Shown in pieces: positions 1 through 7,535 of a stretch of 64,000 nucleotides of DNA. A program made the translations under genes and the position numbers. Source of the DNA: an uncultured Gemmatimonadaceae bacterium (lineage in GTDB: Bacteria > Gemmatimonadota > Gemmatimonadetes > Gemmatimonadales > Gemmatimonadaceae); the NCBI GenBank assembly GCA_963740355.1, contig CAVUDW010000002.1, positions 2,368,001-2,432,000 of the forward strand, written 5' to 3'. Below the pieces are notes generated by a model, which saw only the letters and a program-made list of their open reading frames with translations, had not been told where the DNA came from and searched no databases. Position 1 is the first letter of the stretch. Every line of letters begins with the position of its first letter.

Positions 1-1433
1 TTCCGGCCGAACACGTTGTTTGACACCGGCGTATCACCGCGATGCTCGCACCAGTGTTTGTAGGCCGTGTACAGGTTTCCGGCCAGCACTTGCGCTGCCG
101 GGTCGCGGGTGCAGCGTTCGTCGATGAACTCAGCCATGACGTCGGATTCCTCGCGATAATTCTCCGTCGCGTCCTTCACGGCCTTCGGGAACGGCAACCC
201 GGTCCGGTACCACTGGATCGCGCCAGACACCGCCCACGCGAGGACGCCGGGCAGTTCGGCCCGCAGCACTTCGTCCAGATTCTTCTCGTCTTCCTCGTCA
301 GGGATCTGCACGTTGAACGGCACCAGCCGCATCCGGCGCCACAGGCCATCGCCCCCGCCGTGAACTACAGGCCGATGGTTCACCGCCATCCAGAGCGTGA
401 GCTCCGGCGGAAACTCGATCTCCTTGCTGAACAAGTGCCGCGCCGTGATCGTGTCGCCGCCTGTGATCGCTTTCACGAGCGCTTCGTTCAGTCGCTTGCC
501 TTCACCGGCTTCGGCTGTTGTCACGATGCGCGTGCGGTAGAACCGCGCGATGTCTCCGCGTGCGCCACCGACGGTGCCAGGTCGATCAAGAAAGGTTTCG
601 AAGTCGGCGTGCACGGCATACTCGCCCCCCAGCCATCGCATCATCTTGATGAACAGGGACTTCCCGTTCCGGCCTGTACCGAGAAGCATGATCAGGCATT
701 GCTCCAGCGTGTGACCCGTGAGGCTGTAGCCGGCCGCGATCCGCAAGAAGTCACGCACGTCATTGTCGGGTGCGACGCGGGCAAGAAAGGACATCCACCG
801 GTCACACCGTGCCTGAGGTTCGTAAGGCACACTGACAAGCTTCGTGTAGTGATCGCCTCGGTCATGCTTCTTCAGCACGCCAGTACGCAGGTCAATCGTC
901 CCGTTCAGAACATTGAGCACGTCGGGGTTTGAGTCCCAGTCTGCCGGGTTTCGTACGATCGCTGGATTGAAACGCGCAATCTTCAGTATCTGCTCAATCC
1001 CACCCGCCGACTCGCACTTGTCGGCCCACCTGAGCAGGGCTTGACGCTGGCCTTTGTCTTCAGCCGCCTCACCGGCGGTGCGAACTTCTCGAATCGTTGA
1101 TTGAGCGCGTTGCGAGGCCACAACCCCGCCATCGTCGAGTGCGAATCGGCGGCCGTCCCACACCCGCCACCCGCCAGAGGCGGCATCGTGTCGCACATCG
1201 TGCTTGTGATCATCAACAAAGCGATCCGCGTTGCCGAAGTTCGTAAGCGGGTACTGATGCCCTTCGCTAGCCAGCTCGTGTGAAAGTTTGTGACCTTCCG
1301 TGCAGCGATCCTCCCCCGTCTCTTCGGTGACGAACCCTGGGCAGCCGAGCGTAGGGCAGCACGCCGTATCGACGCCCTGCTCGAGCCGGAGCCGTGCGGC
1401 ACGGCTGTCTGGAAGGCGACGAGCAGCGGTCAT
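1..1433 (-). CDS. P4/D5-family SF3 helicase (phage/plasmid primase-helicase C-terminal type), truncated by the window edge
   Basis: Absent from the ORF track because it is open at the edge. Manual translation from ATG 1433 has no stop: YPLTNFGNADRFVDDH...GWRVWDGRRF (D5_N), LNVLNGTIDLRTG, Walker A GTGRNGKS, LNEALVKAITGGDTITAR, WMAVNHRP, GLWRRMRLVPF. Confidence 0.92.
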   Translation of the reverse strand, partial: MTAARRLPDSRAARLRLEQGVDTACCPTLGCPGFVTEETGEDRCTEGHKLSHELASEGHQYPLTNFGNADRFVDDHKHDVRHDAASGGWRVWDGRRFALDDGGVVASQRAQSTIREVRTAGEAAEDKGQRQALLRWADKCESAGGIEQILKIARFNPAIVRNPADWDSNPDVLNVLNGTIDLRTGVLKKHDRGDHYTKLVSVPYEPQARCDRWMSFLARVAPDNDVRDFLRIAAGYSLTGHTLEQCLIMLLGTGRNGKSLFIKMMRWLGGEYAVHADFETFLDRPGTVGGARGDIARFYRTRIVTTAEAGEGKRLNEALVKAITGGDTITARHLFSKEIEFPPELTLWMAVNHRPVVHGGGDGLWRRMRLVPFNVQIPDEEDEKNLDEVLRAELPGVLAWAVSGAIQWYRTGLPFPKAVKDATENYREESDVMAEFIDERCTRDPAAQVLAGNLYTAYKHWCEHRGDTPVSNNVFGR

Positions 1434-1594
1434 CCGCGGCTCCGAACACGCAAGGCGGCGGAGGTGACAAGACGATCGATCTCGTCGATTTGCACGGGCG
1501 CGTCGTCCGCAAACGACCACTCGGTCAGGATGCGAACCACCGTCACCTTCGGGTTGCCCTTCGCCGGCTCTGCTGCCGGCTTCTCGGTGCTCAT
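1430..1594 (-). CDS. Small hypothetical protein (54 aa, MSTEKPAAEPAKGNPKVTVVRILTEWSF...)
   Basis: ATGA overlaps with both the upstream ORF (1591-1594) and the helicase start (1430-1433); below the ORF-track size cut-off. Confidence 0.6.
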   Translation of the reverse strand: MSTEKPAAEPAKGNPKVTVVRILTEWSFADDAPVQIDEIDRLVTSAALRVRSRG

Positions 1595-1833
1595 GCGGAC
1601 CGCCGCGCTGGCTGTTCGTCGCGAAGAGCGGCGGCGTCCATGAACAGCTTGCCGAGTGCCCGGATTTCGTGCGCGGGCATCGGGTCAAGCCCGGACACGA
1701 TTGCCACGATTTCAGGGAAGAGCCAGCGATAGAAGGCCGTGCCGTTGCCTGGCACCCTTGCACGTCGCGGGCGGATATGTACACTTTTCATCTCAAGCCT
1801 CGACTTTCGAAACGCGTCCCGCCTGGCCGGCAT
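1591..1833 (-). CDS. Small hypothetical protein (alternative start ATG 1791, MKSVHIRP...)
   Basis: Lies between alpA and the coupled ORF chain; its stop overlaps the next ATG. Confidence 0.55.
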   Translation of the reverse strand: MPARRDAFRKSRLEMKSVHIRPRRARVPGNGTAFYRWLFPEIVAIVSGLDPMPAHEIRALGKLFMDAAALRDEQPARRSA

Positions 1834-1859
1834 ATGGGGCGCGTTTCGCGTTGGTGGGG

Positions 1860-2129
1860 TCAGGCAGCGGTGAGTGCGACGTCGCGTGCGCTGGTACTGC
1901 GGAATCGCGGACGACTCGCGAGCCAGGCGTCGAGATCGGCAACGCGATAGCCGAGGGCCTTGGTGGAAATTTGTACGAACTCGGGGCCACTCCCTTCGCC
2001 GCGCATTCGCGCCAGCGTCGGGACCGACAGGCCGCAGTACTGCGCGGCGTGATTGGGGCGCAGCACTGGTACCGAGACCGAAGCCGGCATGGCTGTCGGC
2101 GCTCGCTTCTGCCGTTTGTCGTGAGTCAT
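1860..2129 (-). CDS. alpA: AlpA/excisionase-family helix-turn-helix regulator
   Basis: LRPNHAAQYCGLSVPTLARMRGEGSGPEFVQISTKALGYRVADLDAWLASR fits the AlpA/HTH_17 pattern; SD-like GGAG upstream. Confidence 0.85.
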   Translation of the reverse strand: MTHDKRQKRAPTAMPASVSVPVLRPNHAAQYCGLSVPTLARMRGEGSGPEFVQISTKALGYRVADLDAWLASRPRFRSTSARDVALTAA

Positions 2130-2346
2130 CGCGTTCTCCGTGTATGCGGTGGCGGGAATGTCAGTGAGCGTCAGGTCGTGTCACTCGACTCAACACAAGC
2201 AGCAGCCCACTCCGCCGCCTATGGCAGGTGTAGTGCTAGTTCACTAGTCATCATCTGGGCTCTACTCGTATCACTGCACGTCGTGCGTTGACAGAAAGAA
2301 CGCCCCGCATTGGTGCCGGATGTAGCCGAAGTGAAGCCGCGCTACA

Positions 2347-2478
2347 CTAGTCGAACAGCTTGTACTCCGTCTGCGCCCAGTGGTGTGACGGGTATGCAGA
2401 ACTCCCGAGCGAATGCAGGGCGCACTCGTCGGGAGTTCTCTCGTGCGTCATTCCGCGCCCGTATGGGCGCGGACTCAC
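2347..2478 (-). CDS. Small hypothetical protein (43 aa)
   Basis: GTG start overlaps the TGA of the preceding ORF (GTGA at 2475-2478); it is the 3' part of track ORF 2347..2679. Confidence 0.4.
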   Translation of the reverse strand: MSPRPYGRGMTHERTPDECALHSLGSSAYPSHHWAQTEYKLFD

Positions 2479-2618
2479 GACGTCAGCCGTCCGATCGCAC
2501 TCGGCGGCGTCGGTCTCACCATGCGCCAAGTGTTGCCACGGCGCTCGAGCACGACGATCGCGCGGCCGAGGATCCACGCGATGTAGCGCGTCGGGTGAGC
2601 GTGTGGGCCGCGGGTCAT
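2475..2618 (-). CDS. Small hypothetical protein (47 aa, MTRGPHAHPTRYIAWILGRAIVVLERRGNTWRMV...)
   Basis: ATGA overlap at 2615-2618 and GTGA overlap at 2475-2478. Confidence 0.5.
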   Translation of the reverse strand: MTRGPHAHPTRYIAWILGRAIVVLERRGNTWRMVRPTPPSAIGRLTS

Positions 2619-2836
2619 TCGGCACACTCCCGCAGGAGCTTCGGCGACGCCGGCACGAGCATGACGCGGAGCCCTTCAAGCGTTGGCGACAGCACCTCGC
2701 CGTCGATCACGCCGACCGTGTTGCCATTCAGGGCCGTGCGGATGACCTCCGCCTCGTACTCCTGCAGCTCCCACGGGTGCGCGGCGCGAATCGGCACCCA
2801 GCTGCAGTAGTTCATGACGATCATGCCGCGGCTCAT
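2615..2836 (-). CDS. Small hypothetical protein (73 aa, MSRGMIVMNYCSWVPIR...)
   Basis: ATGA overlap with the upstream stop at 2833-2836; protein-like composition only from this Met onward. Confidence 0.6.
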   Translation of the reverse strand: MSRGMIVMNYCSWVPIRAAHPWELQEYEAEVIRTALNGNTVGVIDGEVLSPTLEGLRVMLVPASPKLLRECAE

Positions 2837-3234
2837 TGTGCTGTCTCCGGCAGGGCCGGCAACGCAGCTGCCGCAGCATTCAACGCAGCGACGAAGCGTC
2901 GAAAGCTCTCTGGCGTCAGCGACCCCAAGTAGCCGTCGTCTCCTCCGCAGATCGTGTAGTGACGCTGGGGGGTGGTGGCATTGTTGTCGCCGATCGTGAG
3001 TTTCACGTCCACCCACAGGCGCACGTCGGGTCCTGTGCCCTCGCCAGACTGTGCCGCGGTCAGCGTCCACAGCATGTACTCGTCCTTCGGCAGATCAGCG
3101 AAGGCCTCGACGGTGTGCGACGCGATCACGGTTTTCGGGGCGTCTGCGCTCGAGGGGACGAACGGCGCGCTGGCCGGCGACAGTGCCAGCGTCGGACGGG
3201 TGGCGCGCTGGGCCTTCAGGGGCGTATTCTTCAC
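2833..3234 (-). CDS. Hypothetical protein (133 aa)
   Basis: GTG start preceded by GGGGAGAGG; globular-looking C-terminal part; first gene after int. Confidence 0.7.
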   Translation of the reverse strand: MKNTPLKAQRATRPTLALSPASAPFVPSSADAPKTVIASHTVEAFADLPKDEYMLWTLTAAQSGEGTGPDVRLWVDVKLTIGDNNATTPQRHYTICGGDDGYLGSLTPESFRRFVAALNAAAAALPALPETAQ

Positions 3235-3352
3235 GGTAAGCCTCTCCCCTCACGGGGAAGGTTCGCCGGTCCGTGTCCCCCTCTTCCGCCAAGTTGACGA
3301 GGGATGCGGGCCGGTCTTCGTTTCGGGAGTGCCGCTCCCGATCGGCGTGGGA

Positions 3353-4615
3353 TCAGCCCACGAGTTTGAGTGTCTCGGCGGGTCGTGCCAGGCGCTTCGC
3401 CCGATCCGCTCCCACCGTGTCTGCCGCGGCTTTCATGGGGTCGTCCACCGTGTGCACGTACAGGCTGCTGGTCGCGATGTTGGTGTGACCAAGCAGGGAC
3501 TTGACCGCCGCAGCGGGATAGCGCGCACCGATGTCTGACGCCATGTCGTGCCGGAAGCCGTGCAGCGTGAAGCCGGTGAGCTTCGCCGCATCCCGGATCT
3601 CGCGCCACTGTCGATCGATGTGCCGAACAGGCACGGTCGGATCATCGAAATGGGGCAGCACATACACGTCACTGTGCTTCTCGGCGCGGATCGTCTCGAG
3701 CACGGCGAGGGCCTCCGCGCTGATGTGGCGCTGATCTTCGGCCCGGTCGCTCAGCTTCATGCCTTTGCTGTCGAGGAAGGTCAATCGCTGGCGTTCCCGG
3801 TCGACTTCCACCCAGCGAAGATTGAGGATTTCCGACTTGCGACACCCGGTCAGGAACAGCAGGCGCAGCGCCGCCGGCACTTGCCAGGGCACGCCGTTCG
3901 CCTCGGCCGCGCGCATCGCATCCCCCAAGGCGGACACCTGTGCGTCGGTGAGCGGCACCACACGACGGCGAGGCTTCGGGTAGCGCTTCACGAACTGCGC
4001 GGCCGCAGGGTTCACCGTGATGTGCAACTGTCGGATGGCGAAGGCGAAGAACGCCGACATCGCAACGATCGCGTGGTTGGCCTCGCTCGGCGTCTCGTGG
4101 AGGTCCGTGTGCAGCGCCTGCATGTCGGCCGGCGTCACCAGCGTGATCGGCTCGGTGCCAAAGTTCGGAATCAGGTGGACCGTCAGCAGGCGGTCCACCT
4201 CCCGCACGTGCTGCGGGTCGCAATCCTTTCGTAGTTCCGCCAGGTACGTCGTAACGAGCTCGCTCACCGTTGGCACCGCCGCCCGCTTCTTCTTGTCGTC
4301 CTGCGGACGCTCGCCCTTGCTGAGCCGACCACGTGCCGACGTCGCCAGGGCTGCGGCCTCTGTGATGGTGATGTCACCATACGTGCCGAGCGTGAGCCGC
4401 CGGTATTTCGCCTTTCCGCTCGCGCCACGCGCCGCTGACTTGCCACCGATCGCATCGCGGAAGCGCAGCGCGAAGACTTTCACGCCGCTCGGGTACACGC
4501 GGACATGGAACCCCTTTGGCGCCTCGAAATACGCGTCATACGCCACCCCAGAGGGCTTCAGCGCATCAACGCTGGTCTTCCGGGCAGGGATTTTCGCCGG
4601 CGGTTTGCGAGGCAT
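3353..4615 (-). CDS. int: Tyrosine recombinase/integrase with N-terminal arm-binding domain
   Basis: GFHVRVYPSGVKVF...RRLTLGTYG (arm-binding domain), LTGCRKSEIL, TLHGFRH, LLGH...SLYVH (R-H-R-H-Y residues); probable start ATG 4615 (MPRKPP). Confidence 0.95.
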   Translation of the reverse strand: MPRKPPAKIPARKTSVDALKPSGVAYDAYFEAPKGFHVRVYPSGVKVFALRFRDAIGGKSAARGASGKAKYRRLTLGTYGDITITEAAALATSARGRLSKGERPQDDKKKRAAVPTVSELVTTYLAELRKDCDPQHVREVDRLLTVHLIPNFGTEPITLVTPADMQALHTDLHETPSEANHAIVAMSAFFAFAIRQLHITVNPAAAQFVKRYPKPRRRVVPLTDAQVSALGDAMRAAEANGVPWQVPAALRLLFLTGCRKSEILNLRWVEVDRERQRLTFLDSKGMKLSDRAEDQRHISAEALAVLETIRAEKHSDVYVLPHFDDPTVPVRHIDRQWREIRDAAKLTGFTLHGFRHDMASDIGARYPAAAVKSLLGHTNIATSSLYVHTVDDPMKAAADTVGADRAKRLARPAETLKLVG

Positions 4616-4619
4616 GGTG

Positions 4620-4716
4620 CGCGGGTTCGCGTGAGGGTTCCAGCAGGGTTCCTCGGAACCCCACAACACGATAACGCCTGACAACACTTGATGTCAACAG
4701 CGAACGCGAACCCGCG
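4620..4716. repeat. Putative integrase arm-type binding sites (GGGTTC repeats)
   Basis: GGGTTC at 4623, 4635 and 4646; inverted GAACCC at 4656 and 4708; 11-bp inverted repeat CGCGGGTTCGC (4620-4630) / GCGAACCCGCG (4706-4716). Confidence 0.55.
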
Positions 4717-4785
4717 AAGAATGCCTGTAGAATATGCGTGTTTTTGATATCATCAGATATCAGCACATGCCGTTGCAATGCCGTC

Positions 4786-4836
4786 GCCAACAGTTTCCTA
4801 AACTGTTGGCCGGCGGTTCGAGTCCGCCCGAGGGCA
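4786..4836 (+). pseudogene. Displaced 3' half of tRNA-Arg(CCT), the att site of the element
   Basis: Anticodon arm ACAGT-TTCCTAA-ACTGT, variable loop TGGCC, T arm GGCGG-TTCGAGT-CCGCC, acceptor 3' strand CGAGGGC-A; no D arm or 5' GCCCTCG strand upstream. Confidence 0.9.
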
Positions 4837-4850
4837 TTTGCTCGCTTGCA

Positions 4851-6023
4851 TCAGACGAACGCACCGATCCCTGTGATCGCACGCCCGACGACCAGCGCCG
4901 TCATCTCGTTGGTCCCTTCGTACGAGTAGATCGCCTCGGCATCGCTGAACAGCCGTGCTGCGCCGTGTTCGAGCAACACCCCGTTGCCGCCCATCATCTC
5001 GCGCGCGAGTTGCACGGTTTCGCGGCAGTGGAACGCGCAGAACTGTTTCGCCAGCGACGTGTGCGCATCCGTGGCCAGGCCGGCATCCTGAAGACGAGCC
5101 GCCCGCAGTGCCATGCCGAGCATTGCAGTGACGTTGCCGAGCATGCGAACGAGCATCATCTGCACCAGCTGAAAGCCGGCGATCGGGCGTCCGAACTGCT
5201 GGCGTTCGCCGGCATATCGGAGGGCGTGCTCGTACGCGCCCATCGCACACCCGACGGCCTGAAACGCCACGCCGATCCGCGCCGCACTCAACACACGCGC
5301 CGTGTCTGCAAAGCTCGATGCCGCGGCAAGCCGGTCGGCCTCGTCCACGCGCAGGTCCGTCATGGTGATCCAGCCAGACGCGAGCGCTCGCTGTGAAATC
5401 TTGCCGGTCATCAACCGCGCAGTATAGCCGGGCAGGGACGTCCGGACGATGAAGCCCTTCACCCGGTCGTCGGCCTCGTCACGGGCCCAGATGATGACGA
5501 CGTCGGCGAACGTCGAGTTGCCGATCCACTTCTTCTCTCCGTTGAGGACCCACGTATCGCCTTCGCGTCGGCACCGCGTGGTCAGGCCGCGAGCGACGCC
5601 ACTCCCCACCTCTGGTTCGGTGAGGCCGAAGCACCCGATCTTCGAGAAGGTACGGAGTTGTGGCAGCCACTCCTCGCGTTGCGCGTCCGAGCCGAGCAGC
5701 AGGATCGATCCGAGGCAGAGTCCACCATGCACTCCGAAGTAGCTCGCCATCGACGGGTCGACACGCGCCAGTTCCATCGAATACAACCCATCGATTGTGG
5801 CGCGATTGCTTGCGGCGGATTCGAAATAGTGCGCGAGCGGATCGAGAGCGTGGAATCCTGCGAGCGCGCCATGATAAAACTCACCCCGATCCCAATGGTC
5901 GTCCGCGACCGGCGCGATATCGCGTTCGAGCACATGGCGCATCGCGAGGCGCCGACGGTTTTCATCGGGGGTGAGCGTGTCGAACCAGGCGTAGAGATCG
6001 ATCGGTAGCGTGGCGGGGGGCAT
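4851..6023 (-). CDS. Acyl-CoA dehydrogenase (glutaryl-CoA dehydrogenase-like)
   Basis: GCFGLTEPEVGS, LNGEKKWIGN, RQQFGRPI, MGGNG, YSYEGT. Confidence 0.92.
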   Translation of the reverse strand: MPPATLPIDLYAWFDTLTPDENRRRLAMRHVLERDIAPVADDHWDRGEFYHGALAGFHALDPLAHYFESAASNRATIDGLYSMELARVDPSMASYFGVHGGLCLGSILLLGSDAQREEWLPQLRTFSKIGCFGLTEPEVGSGVARGLTTRCRREGDTWVLNGEKKWIGNSTFADVVIIWARDEADDRVKGFIVRTSLPGYTARLMTGKISQRALASGWITMTDLRVDEADRLAAASSFADTARVLSAARIGVAFQAVGCAMGAYEHALRYAGERQQFGRPIAGFQLVQMMLVRMLGNVTAMLGMALRAARLQDAGLATDAHTSLAKQFCAFHCRETVQLAREMMGGNGVLLEHGAARLFSDAEAIYSYEGTNEMTALVVGRAITGIGAFV

Positions 6024-6062
6024 CGGAGGTCCGGGAGGAGTCGAACTAGTGGCGGCGAGCGT

Positions 6063-6106
6063 GACTACGATGGGACTACGATGGGACTACGATGGGACTA
6101 CGACGG
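6063..6106. repeat. 11-bp tandem repeat (GACTACGATGG)x3 + GACTACGACGG
   Basis: Read directly; the last unit contains the stop codon of the adjacent gene. Confidence 0.95.
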
Positions 6107-7471
6107 GAGTTGTCGGCGATTGATTTCGCCCTTGGATGTGCGCACCCAGGTGTCGACGCCGACACACACGGTGCTTCGCAGATACGCATCGAGGCCACCC
6201 AATACGGCTCGAATCTCGTCGTGGGCGACCGGCAAGGCGTCGTGTGTCGAGTACAGCACCTGCAGCGAGACGCCGTCATCGGCAGGGGCCACGACGACCT
6301 CGGTGAGCCGCGCGACGCGTTGCCGAAGCGCCGCCTCGATACGCGGTGCGTCGACCAGTTTCCCGTTCGCGAGCTTGAACGACAGCGTGGCACGACCGAG
6401 CAGCGTGTAGGCACCGTGCTCGAACGCGACGAGATCGTCCGTCCGCTGCCACCGGGGCGCCGCAAGTGCATGGAACGCCCCGTTCTCCCAGACCCCCTCG
6501 CAGGCATTCGGCCCTCGGAAGGCGAGCACTCCGTCCTCATCGATCCGCACGTCACAGCCGATCGGTCGGCCCAGGAATGCAGCGTGAAACTCGCCCGGCT
6601 GACCGAGCATGATCCCGGGGCTCGCTTCTGTCTGCCCATAGCCGATGCGCAGCCGAGTGCCCGACAACGTGGCCGCGAGCGTGGCGTCGATTGGCGCTCC
6701 GCCAATCAGGCCTCCCTCCAGCGCGCGAAGGAGATTCAAGCCGGCATCGCTGGCAGCCACCCGACGCGCGATCAACGGTACCATGCTGATGTTGGTCACA
6801 GCCTGTTCGCGGGCCGTCGCGATCATCGCGTCGGTACTGCGCGCTGCATCACGTGCGATCACGATACGTCTGGCGCGAAGCAGCGCGGGCATCAGGCCGA
6901 GCACGAGTCCAAACGTGTGTGACCACGGCAGGACGCAGAACACGCTGCCGCCGTCGACGGCCAGATGCGGAAGATGGCTGTTGAGCACCGACAACACGCC
7001 AGCCTCCGACAGCGCGAACCAGCGCGGCGTCCCTGCCGTCCCTGAACTCCGCATCAGGAGGGCGATCGCGTCGGTGCGCTGCGAAGTGGTGCGCGGCTGC
7101 ATCGGCCCGCCTGGTGGCCCGCCCGTGCGGGAGGGGACGGCGACGTTCTGGTGTGCCGAGGTCGCGGCAATGGCAATCCTGGCATCGAGCGTCTCGAGCA
7201 ACGGCGCCACCTCTTCGCCTTCCGGCACAGGCACCAATGTCAGGCCGTCGGCCAGCGAGGCCACCAGCAGCTGCGCAAACGCGGCGCCGTTCGGGAGCGC
7301 GCAGATCACACGGTCCCCGCGCGTGATGCCAGCGCGCCGCAGGGCCCGCGACCAGTCATTGGCACCATGATGCAACGCGGTCGCCGACCACCGAACGCCA
7401 TCCGCGATCAACTCCGCGGTGCCGCACGTATCGAAGAGCTCCTGGAGTGCGGAGTTCCCGGTCATCCTCAT
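6098..7471 (-). CDS. AMP-binding (ANL superfamily) acyl-CoA synthetase-like protein
   Basis: RSSGTAGTPR P-loop, LPWSHTFG, IGYGQTEA, WQRTDDL, GKINR. Confidence 0.85.
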   Translation of the reverse strand: MRMTGNSALQELFDTCGTAELIADGVRWSATALHHGANDWSRALRRAGITRGDRVICALPNGAAFAQLLVASLADGLTLVPVPEGEEVAPLLETLDARIAIAATSAHQNVAVPSRTGGPPGGPMQPRTTSQRTDAIALLMRSSGTAGTPRWFALSEAGVLSVLNSHLPHLAVDGGSVFCVLPWSHTFGLVLGLMPALLRARRIVIARDAARSTDAMIATAREQAVTNISMVPLIARRVAASDAGLNLLRALEGGLIGGAPIDATLAATLSGTRLRIGYGQTEASPGIMLGQPGEFHAAFLGRPIGCDVRIDEDGVLAFRGPNACEGVWENGAFHALAAPRWQRTDDLVAFEHGAYTLLGRATLSFKLANGKLVDAPRIEAALRQRVARLTEVVVAPADDGVSLQVLYSTHDALPVAHDEIRAVLGGLDAYLRSTVCVGVDTWVRTSKGEINRRQLPS

Positions 7472-7535
7472 CCGTCACGCATCCCGACGATCATCTCGGA
7501 ACGTACTGCCGCGGACGCGAGGACAGCAGGATACA

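Larger units (their letters stand above)
1..4836. mobile_element. Integrated phage-satellite / PICI-like element, right-hand part; left end lies outside the window
   Basis: Co-oriented int, small ORFs, alpA and a D5/P4 helicase, bounded on the right by a 3' tRNA fragment; ordinary host genes resume at 4851. Confidence 0.85.

Noticed and set aside
42..932. 296-aa plus-strand ORF, and similar long plus-strand ORFs such as 23198..25198, 28409..30025, 32786..34468 and 41675..43183
   Set aside because: Antisense shadows of well-supported minus-strand genes in high-GC DNA.
1750..1763. Sigma-54 promoter (TGGCAC...TTGC)
   Set aside because: GG-to-GC spacing is 7 nt rather than the required 10.
4760..4836. 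Complete tRNA-Arg gene
   Set aside because: No D arm and no 5' acceptor strand complementary to CGAGGGC; only the 3' half is present.
6063..6106. CRISPR array
   Set aside because: Units are 11 bp and contiguous with no spacers; no cas genes in the window.
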